Part shown: positions 24,223-38,700 of the stretch, in pieces
Layout: each line of letters opens with the position of its first letter
Position numbering within the stretch: the first letter of the stretch is position 1
Assembly (NCBI GenBank): GCA_004764695.1
Contig: SMSO01000035.1
Location: forward strand, 868,001-932,000
DNA: 64,000 nucleotides
Direction of reading: 5' to 3'
From: Schizochytrium sp. TIO01
Taxonomy: Eukaryota > Protista > Bigyra: Labyrinthulomycetes
Translations under genes and position numbers: made by a program
The notes under the pieces: generated by a model
Databases searched by the model: none
What the model was told of the DNA's origin: nothing
What the model saw: only the letters and a program-made list of their open reading frames with translations

Positions 24223-25713
24223 TTAGTTTACACGTACCCAGAGCGCATGCATAGCTCCACGAACTTTTGCAAAGGCTAATTCATGTGTTTTCTTAGCCTT
24301 TAACATTGCCTTTCTATCAGCTATCTGCTGGTCCGCCTCCACGCGATCATCGTCACCTTCGGCACAATTTATCTTATTCAAATACCTTGGAGTTCTGTCA
24401 ATGCGCTTCTGTTTCTTCTTGACAATTTTTTTTTTCCGTATCTTCTCTCTTGGAGATGCTTCTTTTGTTTGATGTTGTGCAAAAGGATGGCGACATAAAG
24501 GTGTGTCTTGACTTTTGGCACGACATGTTTGACTTCGAGATTTGCGGCATGGACGTTTATTGACCTCTTCATGATCTTGGGCTTCACAGAAGGAGGATGC
24601 AGAGATGACATGCGCCCCCCCCGGGCACCATGCCTTCGCTTGTACTTCTGCTCCGATAAACGCTGAGACTGTAGTGCTGAAATTCCCGCTTGTGCTGGTT
24701 GGCTTTTCAAGGCTTGATTCCAGTATGTCCAATACTGCATGTAAACTTTCGATCTCTGACATCTGAGCAGCACGTTCTTTTGATGCCTTCACCCGGAGTT
24801 TTTGGATGCGAAATGCACTGACTGCAGAATAACGTTTTGGCATTACCAAAGGTGGGCGAGGTTGTATTCCAGAAAACGCTCCTATGCCTCCCTGGAGGGA
24901 TCTGACCATGTCTTGGCCCTCAGGATGAGCATGGCTATCAGTAGTTTCTGGTTGCCGCTGTTCACTATCAATTTTGGCACCACGGCGATGCCGTCCCGCA
25001 GCCTTACGAAAATTCTCGTACGGGAAAAACTGGCTACAAAACAAACAAACTTTCACCTTGTCGTACATGCGTGAGAACTTATACTTATCAATGCTTGCCT
25101 CTAGTCCACGGTCTTGAACACGCGTTACTTTGTTAGATACTCCTTCTGTAGAGTTCATGTTTGTTGAATAAAACAAATGCTGATCAGCTTCTTTACCTTT
25201 GTCATTCATCTCCGTGAAAATACGACGAAGCTGCATCACACTGGAACGCAATTGTTCAGTCCCTAAAGAAGTCTCTGGAAAAATGTGTTCGCAAAGTGCA
25301 CAAGGAATGCGCCGAGGCGGCCGTTCTCTTGGCCCTTTAGGACATTTATACAGTGCTGCCGGCCGGGTGCTTTCTCTAAAAAGGTTTTCGTGCGCCCCAT
25401 CCACGTCAGATGATGAATCAGGGTTTGAGTTTAGACGAATATCACTGGAACGCTTACGAAGAACATAATCTATATCTCCTGCACCGGGCATACGATATGA
25501 GGTTTCCTCCATCGGAATTCTCACTTTTGTGTTTGACTTTTGTATTTTTCGGGTGCTGCTTGCGGCAACGAAGTCAACATGTACATTAGATTTACCACCT
25601 TGCCGAACCTTCAGCCAGTGTGCGTCATTGTCCTTTAAATCAAGATAGTTGCGCATGGCCTCCTCATGCTTGAAGTATACATGGGACCGCCCTGCGTCGT
25701 CTGGGCGAAACAT
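24223..25713 (-). CDS. Hypothetical protein (496 aa) with split CxxC...CxxC putative zinc-binding motif and basic C-terminus
   Basis: Long ORF with protein-like composition, containing PCALCEHIFP and KVCLFCSQFF. An in-frame TTTTTAG acceptor 30 nt upstream of the ATG allows an additional 5' exon. Confidence 0.75.
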   Translation of the reverse strand: MFRPDDAGRSHVYFKHEEAMRNYLDLKDNDAHWLKVRQGGKSNVHVDFVAASSTRKIQKSNTKVRIPMEETSYRMPGAGDIDYVLRKRSSDIRLNSNPDSSSDVDGAHENLFRESTRPAALYKCPKGPRERPPRRIPCALCEHIFPETSLGTEQLRSSVMQLRRIFTEMNDKGKEADQHLFYSTNMNSTEGVSNKVTRVQDRGLEASIDKYKFSRMYDKVKVCLFCSQFFPYENFRKAAGRHRRGAKIDSEQRQPETTDSHAHPEGQDMVRSLQGGIGAFSGIQPRPPLVMPKRYSAVSAFRIQKLRVKASKERAAQMSEIESLHAVLDILESSLEKPTSTSGNFSTTVSAFIGAEVQAKAWCPGGAHVISASSFCEAQDHEEVNKRPCRKSRSQTCRAKSQDTPLCRHPFAQHQTKEASPREKIRKKKIVKKKQKRIDRTPRYLNKINCAEGDDDRVEADQQIADRKAMLKAKKTHELAFAKVRGAMHALWVRVN

Positions 25714-26735
25714 TTCTTTCTTGCAACGCTGGCCCCAACTTCTCTAAAAAATGACAGCTTTAGGCAGCCTAAATATATACAATTATTCCCAGCCTTTCCG
25801 CCGTGACAACTTCTCCAAGAATTGCAAATCTAACCTTATCACATGAATATAAAACTAGCTAGCTTGTGAAAGTAAGATGAACGATTCACTATGCCTAGAG
25901 AAGCGGCTCGTAAACCAGCAGCAGGATTTCTCCGTCTCCGCGGCACCTGGGCCTAGGTCCGGCTATGCCTTGCTTTAAAATTGAGGCTGGTCCACCTTAC
26001 GCAAGGTCTTGTTATTGCAAGTCCTGCGATTGTAGCAATCCGCAGTTCGTAGCTCATGCCTTTAAGGTCGCTTCTATCGCAGGTACTATCCGACAAATCA
26101 CAAGTGCACACCTTATACCGGATGAATCACATGTCCCCGTAGAGTCCTCAGACTGCCAAAGGTGTGCGAGAGGGTGCGCAGATGGGGAAGCTAACGTATT
26201 TTCTTGGCTAGGTGATGCCTAATTTAAACTATAGGATAGACAAGAGAGGCCCAATTCTGCTGGTTCAATACTACTTAAGGTAGCTAGATACTGCAATTGC
26301 CGTAATTCATGGGCGCTGCAACGAAACCCTATGCCACCTTGTGACGTCCTGGCAAGCAGACCCTCAACAGAATCCCAGTGGTGTCGGAGCCTGCTGCACT
26401 GACCAGCGTCTTGTCTGGTTTCTGAGTGTCGCGGCCCTGGCGGGGAGAAGGGGACTGGAGCTGGTATTCACATCTACCTCGAGTACCGCCACCTCAGAGG
26501 ATAGACGCCCACCTTATCTCCTTTTTCATTAGATAAGACAAGCTTCTTGACCTCGAGGCATATTTTCCGGGAAAGAAAAGCCACACACCATCCATCTTCA
26601 TATTTGACATACTACTACAAACTTTTGGTGGTGCTCGGAAGGTGTTTCGAGCGAGGGGAAAGAATTGAACGAGTCGTCATAACTGAAAACTAAGATTTTA
26701 TCAGTTCATTGCTATAAATCTATTAATCATACAAA

Positions 26736-29700
26736 ATGGCAACATCTTCAAGCCGTGTAACCCATCTGTCATCTCGCTACAAGCGAGCATCGTGGCCCGT
26801 CACAGTGAGATCAGCAAAACTCCATCGCTTATTTTCGTACATAATTTTAGCGCTTCTCTATTATGCTGTGTTAGTTTTGGGCCAACCTACAAACTTGCCA
26901 ACAACAAGCCCTACAAGTTTGCCCACATCAATGCCTACCACAAGTCCAACCAGTGCACCATCTTCTAATCCAACAGATGCACCAACAACCCCGGACCCGA
27001 CGGCGGCACCAACAGATGCGCCAACAACCCCGGACCCGACGGCGGTACCAACAAATGCACCAACAACCCCAGATCCAACGATGGCACCAACAGATGCGCC
27101 AACAACCCCAGATCCAACGATGGCACCAACAGATGCGCCAACAACCCCGGATCCAACGTCTGCACCAACAATTGCGCCAACGACTGCCCCGACAGACTCG
27201 CCTACGTATGCTCCAACATCTGAGCCAAAACGTCTGTCTCTCTCTACAACTAGCTTGCCTGTTGTTGAGGGTGGCAAGAACCGCACCTACGTTATTACTT
27301 TGGATTACAACCCGGTGTGGGAAGGAGACCAGGTCTGTGTTAATATGACTGTATTGGGCCTAGACCCTGACGTTCGTGGTATTCATATCTTACCAAATGC
27401 CACATGCCTCACATCATACGGTGAACAACGAAGCATCGTTGTTTTTGTCGATAGAGATTTTGTGGAGCCAATCAATCTGCAGACATTCACCATTGAGCAT
27501 TCCAATCTTGATGAACCGGCAGTACTTACTGTCCCTATTATTAATGTAGACTATGCTTCTGTGTTAACCTCTGCAAGCTCGGGGTATGTTCAGCAAGGTG
27601 TTCTTGGCGGCGCAGGCGCTCAGAATGCGCAGTACAATATTACACTTGCAACCACCCCTCTTGAGGATGTAGTCATAGATCTAAGTGCAGATTCATCAAG
27701 CCTTGTTATAATCTCTCCTAGTACGCTAACCTTTGCTGCAAACGCAACGCCGACTCAGCAAATAATAACCATATCGGCAGCTGATGCAGAAACTGTCTAT
27801 GATGTAGATTCTGCCACAATTCGATTAAACCACGAAGTCACAAGTGCAGATACTAATTATGACGGTGCGTCTGTCACTGACTATATTGTGGCATGGAAGG
27901 GCGCCGACCATCCTCGTGTGACATTGTCCACCTCCTACCTTCAAGTTGTTGAGGGTTCATCAACTGTACGAACGTTCACAGTCAGACTAGATTTAGCTCC
28001 CAGTGATGGAACGGTCGGCGTTAGTTTAGACAGCTCTACACTGGCAGATGGTGCTGCTCTCACAATATCCCCATCCGAACTTAACTTCACAACTAGTAAC
28101 TATGCAACAGCACAAACTGTACAAGTGACATACAGCCGGGACTACGAGTATCGTGGTGCAACAACTATGCTATTTAATATCACAGCAACTATCACCGAAG
28201 GAAGTAGTGAACCATATGCTGATGCGCAGTACGTAGAGTTTTGGCCTGATTCGATCGTTGCTGTAGATGTAGAAGAAGTAGATCAAGCGGTAGTTTATAC
28301 TTCTGACACAAGTGGTTCGGTATATCAGGGTACTATTGGAGGTGCTGGTGCTATCAACATTTCCTACACGATAGGCCTTAGCAGTATTCCAGAAGAGGAT
28401 GTAATTGTTACTATTGCAGCAGACAAAGATGAACTTGTGACCATCTCTCCTAGCCAAATTACTTTCTCAGCTGGTGAGTTACCAAGCGCGAAAACTATTG
28501 TTGTGAGCGCAGCTGACGCAACGGTAATCGACGATGTGAGTTACGATGACGTGGTGTTGACATACACAGTCACGAGTGACGATATAGATTTTGATGGAGC
28601 AACAGTTGCAGGATTTTCTATCTCTTGGTACGGTGCAGCTAGACCAAAGGTAATTACATCTTTAGAATCAATAGACCTTACTGAAGGCTCATCGACCGGT
28701 GCTTCATTCACAGTGAAATTAGGTGCTCCGCCTAGTGATGGACCGGCCTTTGTCTCTTTATATTCTCAGACGCTTGAAGATGGGTCGATACTTAGCATTA
28801 CACCTGATGAGCTAGAGTTCTCTACATCGAACTGGAGTTCGCCACAAAGGGTTCAAGTAACATACCCTCTTGATCACTATGATCGCGGAGCAGATGAGTT
28901 TGCGTTCGAACTGTTTCTAGAGGTTCTCACCAACGCTAGTAGCCAACCCTACGCCCTCTCTGAGTATATTGTGTATTGGCCAACCGACGCTATTACCACG
29001 ACAGTGCGAGAGGCAGACCAAGCATCTGTTGTACTCTCTTCTGTCTTGGGGACTGTCCGCCAAGGTGTGATTGGTGGAGCTGGTGCTCTCAACGTACTGT
29101 ACACGATTGAGCTTACAAGTATTCCAACCGATAATGTTACCCTTAGCATCGAGCCTGACAATTCAACTCTTGTAACAGTGTCGCCCAGTTCTATTGTATT
29201 CCTGGCTGATGAGCTTCCGGAACCACAAACTATAACTGTTTCTGCTGCGGATGCAACTTTGGTGTATGACGTGAGTTCTGCTATACTTAATCTAGTCCAT
29301 TATGTAGAGAGCACGGATACTGTCTATGATAATATGTTTGTAAACAACTTCGTTGTTGATTGGTTCGGTGCGTCGCGCCCAAAAGTGATTGCCTCAGCAT
29401 CTGCTCTCGAGTTGCAGGAAGGATCCAACGCAGGAGCATCATTTACTATCAAGCTTGGTGTTGCGCCTAGTGATGGAGATGTAAAAATTGCACTTCAAAG
29501 TAGTCATTTACAAGATGATGCTACGCTCGTTATAGTACCATCGGAGATTGTCTTTTCGCTTTCGAATTGGAGCCTCGTACAGACTGTACGAGTAACTTAT
29601 CCACGAGACAATGAATATCGTGGCTCCGACGAAATGGAATTCTCTTTGGAAATAGTTATCGCAGAAGGAAGTAGTCAGCCATATCAGAACCAGACTTATG

Positions 29701-32700
29701 TGGTGTTCTCACCCGGACAAAATATTTCAGCCACAGTCTACGAAGTGGATGAGCCTGGGGTCATACTATCTACAGTATCAGGAACTGTCCAGCAAGGTGT
29801 GATTGGCGGTGCTGGTGCTGTTAGTGCCCAATATAGTATCTCACTTGCCAGTATCCCAGAAGGAAATGTTACAATCAGTATATCTGCAGACAAAGAATCG
29901 CTAGTTTCTATAAGTCCAAGCGAAATAACCTTTGCTGCTCAAACTACCCCAGCTGCACAAATGATCACGGTATCTGCTGTTGATTCTACGCAAATTTCCA
30001 ATGTCAGCTCTACAACTGTAGTGTTATCTCATACAGCACAGAGCTCTGATTCATACTACAATGGCATTGAGGTCTCGGATTATGTTGCAACATGGTATGG
30101 GGCTTCTCGTCCACGTGTTGTTTTATCACTGCAATCACTAGAAATTGTAGAAGGAGCCAATACTGTATCATTTATGAGTCTAAAGCTTGGAGTTGAACCT
30201 AGTAATGGCACAGTGAAAATTGACGTCGCTAGCTCGCTGCTTGACGATAGTATGCAGCTTACTCTTTCACCTACTTCTTTCACTTTTGGTGTTGATAACT
30301 ACACACAGGAGCAGGTTCTTCAAATTTCTTACCCAAGAGATTACGTCGATCGATCAGCAGCTAGCTTTCAGTTCAACATTGATTTTGAAGTTGGGGAAGG
30401 AAGCAGTCAGCCCTACACGGACCCACAATATGTGCAGTTTTGGCCATCTTCAATCGTCGTTGTGACTGTTGTTGAGGCTGACCAAGCAGCCATTGCAATG
30501 TCGTCGATTCGGGGCATAATCAATCAAGCTGACCTTAACGGTGCAGGGGGGATGAATTCTTCATACACCATTACGCTGGCAACTATCCCAGTGAATGACG
30601 TAACAATCACTCTTGTAGCAGACCAAGCTGAACTTGTAACAATAATTCCGAATATCTTAGTGTTCTCAGCAGAAGTGATGTCTGAACCCCAAACCATTAC
30701 AATATCAGCAGCTGACGCAACCCAGGTCTCGGACGAGAGCTTTGATGTAGTTGTTATCAATCATACTGTAACCAGTAATGATACAAACTATGATCAAGCT
30801 AGCATTTCGGATTATACAATAGACTGGTATGGTGCAGAACACCCACGTGTTGTTTTATCAGCGTCAACGATTGAGGTTATCGAGGGGACGAGTGTTGCAA
30901 CAACATTCTTTGTCAAGCTCGCACTGGCACCAACAATTAATGACGTTGTTATTGATGTCTCCAGTAATATTCTTGAAGATGGATCGACTCTTACATTAGC
31001 ACCTGCGCAGCTTACATTCTCTACGTCTAACTGGAACACTGAACAAAGTGTTCGTGTAACCTACAATGAAGACAATATCTATCGGGGCGCCGAAATTACA
31101 ACTTTTAATATAACACTTACTGTTGCTGAAGATAGCGGGTCACCATACAACGATGCCCAATATGTTCAATTCTGGCCCTCAGATATTGTTGCTGCCAATG
31201 TTTATGACGCAGATTTACCTGAGATTGTCTTGTCTGAACAGAGCGTCTATGTCACAGAGAATGGCCAAAACGCTGAGTACCAGATCGCCTTAAACTCTAT
31301 GCCAGAATCCGTAGTAACCATCAGCATTGCTTGGTCAAACACAGATCTGATAAATGTGGAACCTAGCAATTTCTCAATCCACCCAATAAATTGGACCGAA
31401 CCCCACACGATTCTAGTCTCTGCGCTTGAATCAGACGACGATAATGCCTATGACCTGTTATCTGCCATCACTATCTTGGAACATTCCGCAACAAGCAGCG
31501 ATCCTGACTATGATGGGGAAGATGCGCGCTTTTCACCTACGCACTATTTGATAGTGCGACGCTATGAAAATCCTGATGTGCCAAACTGTCCGGCCGGTAC
31601 TTATCTTCACACCATTGAGTGCATAGCGTGCCCTGCAGGCTTTGCTTGCTCTGGCGATAGCAACGACCCTGTGCCTTGTAAGCTTGGTTCATTTAGTATT
31701 TCTGGACAAACAGAATGCACTTTGTGTCCCGCTGGAAAGCAATGTCCGTCAACCTCTGCAAATACCATGGAGGATTGTGTTGACGGATCATACTCCGAGG
31801 TCGGCCAATCTAATTGCACGTTATGTCCTGCAGGATATATGTGTCCCGACACCAAAGCTGCAATTGTTCAGTCTTGCATTGCTGGAACGTACTCGGTAGG
31901 AGGGCAAACAAATTGTACAGCTTGTCCCGCTGGTTCAGCTTGTCCGTCTACCTTGGGTACAGGCATTTATCCTTGTTCCAGTGGAACCTACTCTTTAGCC
32001 AAAGCGACTATTTGTCAGGATTGCCCTGCAGGCTATGCATGCACAAGCACTGAACACCCCCCAACAGAAGCTGACAAATGTCAACCTGGATCCTACTCAG
32101 TCCTGGGCGCGTTTGCTTGTACCACGTGCCCGGCTGGATTTGCATGCCCAGATACGACAGCGGCCGAGAGGTATTCATGTGGGTTTAGTTCTTCAGCAAC
32201 TAATTTTACTTATTCCACAGCAGGCTCACCCATTTGCATAACCTGCCCTGCTGGGCAATCATGTACAGAAACAGGTACTCTGACAGATTGTGAAAGCGGG
32301 TCCTATTCTTTGCTTGGTGAAAGAGATTGCACTGACTGCCCAGAGGGCAGTTCGTGTAGTGTTACCAATGCCGCTCCAATCAAATGCTCGCCAGGGAACT
32401 ATCAAAGTTTAAGCGGACAAACAAAATGCGATCAATGTGAGGCTGGATCATATTGTCCCTATGCCGGAACTATAACACCAAGTACGTGCTCTGCAAATTC
32501 TTATAGTGATTCTGGCGCTTCAAATTGTACTGCTTGTCCTGCAGGATACTATTGCACGGTAGGATCGACAGTAGATACCTATCAAAAATGTGAAGAAGGC
32601 ACCTACTGCCCATCTGACGAAGGCATAAAAAACTGCCCTGCGGGAAAGTATGGTACAAAGACAGGCGCTACGTCAGAAGCGGATGGATGTGCATCATGCC

Positions 32701-35700
32701 CAGCAGGTTATTATTGTCTCGAAAAAACAACCGATACTTCCAAGCAGGAATGCGATCCAGGCTATTATTGTCTAGAAGAGACTGACACCAGAACCAAATA
32801 CCCTTGCCCAGCGGGAACGTATAATCCAGACTCTGGCGGTATGTCTGACTCAGACTGCCTTAGCACTCCAGCAGGGCACTATACCTACAGTGGATCATCT
32901 GAAATTAGTTTGTGCCCAGCAGGCTACTTCTGCGAAGATGGGGCAGACGGCCCACACAACAATCCATGTCCGGCCGGAACTTATAATAGCGCAACAGGAA
33001 AATCATCAGAAGATGACTGTGTCGTTTGTGAAAAAGGCTACTATTGCGATCAAGCGTCTACTGCAATGACCCTCTGCCCACAAGGAACTTATAACCCTTA
33101 TTCCGGGGTGGGTGGTAATTCAAGTTGTCTACCCTGCGAGAAAGGTTATGCATGTCCCCGCATGGGACTGTATAACTCCTACAGCTACAGCTGTGCACCA
33201 GGCTATTTCTGCCCCACGGGCTCTAAAAGTGTTACTGAAAGACCTTGCCCCGCAGGAACTTTCTCAGATGCGTACAATCTCTATCAAGCAAAGGACTGTG
33301 AGAATTGCCCTGCGGGAAAGGCGTGTGCTGAAGGAATTACTTCAAGCGAAGCCCTCGTGTGCAGCCCTGGTCATTATTGCCCGTTAGGTACACCAACACC
33401 AACTCAGCACGATTGCCCAGGGGGGACATATTCAAGTTCCTCTGGTCTCACCGCTGCCTCGGAGTGTACCACGTGCCCAGCTGGAAGGTATTGCGAGGGT
33501 GGTCTTTCCTATATTGGTGGTTCAGATGATGCTGATGGATATTGTGGTCTAGGATACTATTGCCCGCAAGGCACAATTTATTCAACTCAGTATGCATGCC
33601 CGGAGGGGACCTATTCTTCCAGTGCCTCTTTGGAATCCATGGATCAATGCACGGCATGTGACCTTGGTCATTATTGTGCGAACACTGCGATGACTTCTCC
33701 AACTGTGTGTTCGGGGGGGACCTACGCAAACGAAACAAGTCTAACAGCCTGCAAAACTTGCCCAGCTGGATATGAGTGTCCTGAGGGCACCGACGAGCCC
33801 GTTGCATGTTTGAAAGGTGAGTATTCGGCTTCTGGTCAAAGCGAGTGCTCCCCGTGCCTAGCCGGACATTATTGCTACCTACAAGCAACAACAGAAGCCG
33901 TCATGGAATCTCAAGCGTGTGCCGCTGGGCTTTGGTGCCCTGGTAGCGTTGATGTGGAGCCATCGCTCGAGGAATATGCATGCCCAGTGGCTCAGTATTG
34001 CGTCCAGGGAACTAGCGCCCCAGCCGAGTGCCCCCCGGGAACTTATAACAGTGTCACTGGGCAGAAGAACCAATCGGGCTGTAAAGCATGTGACGCGGGC
34101 TTCTACTGCCTTGCAAACTCATCCGCTGTGTCAGGAACGTGTGATCCTGGATACTACTGCCCTCAAGGCTCGTCCGGATCAACGCAGATCGCATGTCCAG
34201 CAAAAACGTACCGTAATCAAAGTCAAGGTGGGTCCCTTGATGATTGCTCAATATGCCCAAGTGGCTCCTACTGTACTCAAGCAAGCGTCAACCCTACCCT
34301 TTGTCCTCGTGGAAGCTATTGCCTCACGGCATCTTCTGCACCACAGTATTGCCCGATCGGCCGGTACAGCAATCGATCAGGCCTAATCAATGCCCAAGCG
34401 TGTTCCCCTTGCCCTGGAGGTTTCTATTGCGATTCCTCAGACCCGACAACTCCGACAGGGCTCTGCGAGGCAGGCTACTACTGCTTGGAAGGCTCATATA
34501 CCTCGACGCCAAACGCAGCAGGGACAAACTGGACACAAGTGCTGGACCCGTTTCAATTGGCATTGGTGTCCGGCAATATTGGTGACATCTGTCCCTTTGG
34601 TCACTATTGTGAGGAAGGGTCCTCCACACCTATAGCCTGTCCGAGTGGGACATTTTGTAATATCTTGGGCGCCAAGTCAATCGATGACTGTTCCGACTGT
34701 GTTGCTGGTCAATACTGTGCGGGCTCTGGAAACGAAGGACCTACTGGGGACTGCTATGCTGGATATTTCTGTCCAGCTGGATCTGCCTCCCCGGTGGAAG
34801 AAATCGCTCCGGCTGGTACATATGCACCTGAAGGCTCAAGTAAAGCTCTCGATTGTCCGTATGGAACATTCAATTCTGAAGTTGGCAAAGAAAACTGCAC
34901 CGCATGTCTTCCAGGCTATTATTGCAATAGTACAAAGCTCGAAACTGCCAAACTTTGTCCGCAGGGATCCTATTGCCCGTCAGGCTCTGTGATTCCCAAG
35001 CTCTGCCCAAAGGGCACCTACTCCAACATGACTCAGCTGACTGCGGTAGAAGATTGCACTCCGTGTGATGCAGGAAGTTATTGTGCGTCTAATGGTTTAA
35101 CTAAACCATCTGGGCTCTGCTCATCTGGGTATTACTGCACTCTTGCGTCTTCTATGCGTGAGCCCTCCAACAACGTTAGTTTTGGAAATGTCTGCCCTGC
35201 TGGATATTATTGTGAAGAAGGCTCTGCTTCTCCTGAACCATGCCCTCTTGGCACTTATGGAAATACCGAAAGGGCCAAAACGGTGAGTGATTGTAAGTCC
35301 TGTGAGCCGGGCAATTACTGTGGAGAGAGAGGCTTAACAGAACCTTCAGGCCCTTGCTCTGCTGGATACTTCTGCAATGGTACTGCCAGTATCGCAAGCC
35401 AGACACCTGATCTTATATGCCCAGAGGGCTACTACTGCCCTGCTGGCACAAGTCATCCTATCCGCTGTGAAGAAGGCTCCTATGCGCCTGATCAGGGCAT
35501 GGCTAGTTGTACCGTCTGCCCAGGTGGCTATTACTGTACGGGAATCGACACTACTCAGGCATTTCTCTGTCCCGAAGGCTCATATTGCCCTCCTGGCACC
35601 GGCGCTACGCCTCCGAAGTGTCCTCCAGGAACATTCAGCGACATACAGGGCCTGGCAAATATAACCTCTTGCAGTATCTGCCCGGCTGGAAATTTCTGTG

Positions 35701-38700
35701 AAAACTATGGGCTGCTAAACACATCAGGGGTCTGTGACGAGGGATACGTCTGTGACGCTGGAAGTATTACGCAATACGGAGGTGGAGTAACATGTTTAAA
35801 CACTGACAATCTCGAGCATGAGTGCCCCCGAGGATTCTATTGCATGTACGGTCGCACAATTAAGTGCCCAATTGCAACCTATAACCCAATATTGGGTCAG
35901 GCAACGCGAGAAAGTTGTAGGCCTTGTGAAGCAGGTTATTGGTGCTTTGATGAAGCAACTGCATACCAGACTGATTACCCCTGCCCGGTTGGTCATTATT
36001 GCGAATCCTCTACTGCCTTACCTATTCCGTGCCCTTCTGGAACCTACCGTGACATTGCTGGAGGAGCAAACTTTTCAGATTGCACAACGTGTCCACCAGG
36101 CAAGTACTGCCCTGGGGATGCAGCTCTCACTCCTCTTTTGAGTGAAAACAATGTCACTCATGTATACTGGAATGCGAGTTCTGGGTCAAGTTTTGCTTTG
36201 TCTTGTCCAGCGGGAACGTATTGCACGGGAGGGAATGTCGAGCCACAACTCTGCCCTATTGGGTATGGTGCTGCTGATCCAGAAATGAGTATTACGCGTG
36301 ACTCCATTGATTCCGCATGTATTCCTTGTCCTGCAGGGACAAGTGGTTCGGACCCATTGCGTCTCGAGTGTGTGACGTGTGATCCAGGTTATGTATGTGT
36401 AGACCGTGCGACCACCCCTACACCACTCGAATTGGACTTAGAAGGAGGATACATTTGTCCTGTTGGTTACTACTGCCCTGCAGGTACGCTTGAAGAAGTT
36501 CCTTGTCCACCAGGCTCGTACGCAAACGAAACTGGGGGGTACGATGTGACAGTAAACTGTCATGTATGTGCACGAAATACGTACAATGACCTCTGGGGCG
36601 CAAGTGGGTGCAAACCATGTGCATCGTCCTCCTCTTCCTCCTCTGGATCTCAGGAATGTACGTGCCAGGGTAGAAATCGTGCATTTGAACCAAGTACAGG
36701 AAAATGCCTTTGTATGCCTGGTTTTGAAGCATATGATCAAACGTCAGGATTTACCACAAAGGTGCCGACTGATGAAGATGGAACGGATGATTGTCAACCA
36801 ATCACATACAGTCGATGCAGTCTTGGCCAAGTTCTCAATGCGGATGGAGTTTGCGTTACTGAGGACGAGGAATGCGCCACAGAGTGCGCTGATTTGCTGG
36901 GCACAGGAAGATTAAGCACTGTATTAGGAGTCTGCGATTGCGATGGGTTATTACCCCTTGATCAGGTGTGCGGCTCTTCATGCAGAGGCAATGCAACATC
37001 TGGTCAGCTTGTAAGTGATACCTCAATCATTCAACTAAGTAATGGAAGCACGGTCAATCTAGAAGATTTCGACGGGTTTTACGGTGCTACCGCATGTAAT
37101 AATGCATCCTCATGCCCGGCATATGGGTGCATTTTCGGACTCGACGGGTCCTCTGCCTGTGATTACAATATTGCTAATATCCTTGATGGTACCTATGGGT
37201 CTCTTCGACGACGCCTGGTGACCACTTCTGATGATAGTACACCTGCAACTCAAATCACTCGTCCTGTAGTGTGTATCAATGTCGACAACACAATCATTTT
37301 CCGCCTGGAAGCAGAAAGTGACGATGCTGACCCTGCTTATCCTGTTTATAAGAAGGACTCACTTCTGAACACGAACGATGAATTTGATTATGGATACTTC
37401 AGATACTTAGAAGGAGCTGCATACGTGCGTGTTTTTGCGTTCACTTTCCAGGAAGCTGGTCTCTATGTATTTGGCTCCTCCCAAAACCTTGAATCGGAGC
37501 TTGTAATTTCTGTACAGGCTCGAGGTAGCACATGCCCAACTGAAGATACAATTATGCCTCGTTCAACTTCAACTTTGTTTTCACTTGGGGCCCGTCGAAG
37601 TGAGACAATTCTTTTGGAGCCCGATTGGTCTCTTCTTGGTGCACTTTTAGGCGGTATGGCAGGCCTTGTAAGCCTTCTTTTAGTTGTGGTTTTCTGCTTT
37701 CGTGAGTTTGCTCTTGGAACAGTTCGTATTACACCTAGATATCGCACCAAGAATAGTTTGGGCAATATCAAAAAGGTTCTCGCAAGCAAGTTCAAAATCA
37801 AGTCTAGAAGCGTTGCCCCCATTGCAAAAGCTTTCAAAGGGGGGGATACTGATCGTGAGGGTCTTACACCTCTGGGTACAGCACGTTGGGCAGAGGAGGA
37901 TATGGACCCTCGGGAACTTGTGGAGCGCTTGGTTTCAAATCACGAGGAAGTTAGCGATCACTTAAATCGACACGATGCCAAAGTTGAGAATCTGTTTGGC
38001 AATTTGCAAAAGGATTCGCTCGAGCTTAAGGCGCTACTGAACGCCATCAAAGAGGACGGGGTACGGACGATTGGGGCGACAACGGCAATTCACGAAACAA
38101 TTTCCAAGGCTGCACAGGGTGACACAGTAGAAGGAGGTGGAGAGGACAGCTTTTGGTCAACTCCTCGCAGTGAAGAGAACCTCGAAGGCTCACTGGATGA
38201 CATTCATCAACGTGAGCAAGAGCTACTAGAGAGGTCCTGGCAAGAGTCTGCTGAGCGGGAACTTGAAGAATTGAATAGCAAACTCGATGCTGAAGCTGAA
38301 GAAGCAATGCTAGAAGAGCAATTGAAGCATGAAGAGCAACTTGAGGAGATGGAACGTATGTTACTCGAGCGAGACGATATTTCTGAAGAAGAGCGCGAAC
38401 GTATTCTTCGGGATTTTGAAAGAGACCAAGAAATTCTTCGCGACACTCTTGACCTTGAAAAAAGACGTCAGCAAGAGGATCTGAAGAACCGGTTAGCAGA
38501 GAGAAACCTTCGCAGTTACCGTGCAACGAAGCGTCGCCAGCGATCAGAAAAGGCTGATGAAGTCACTTTGAAAACTACCATAGGGCAGGCAAGTGAGGAA
38601 GGTTCTGAAGGAGTTGGTATAACCAAGGAAGAGACCACCGAAGAGGCAGAGGTGCGAGAGAAGCGTGAAGCTAGAAAGAAAGAACAAGTGAGTAAGTTAC

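Noticed and set aside
26970-27164. Regular 39-nt repeats as a CRISPR array
   Set aside because: Head-to-tail in-frame coding repeats with no unique spacers; eukaryotic context and no cas genes.
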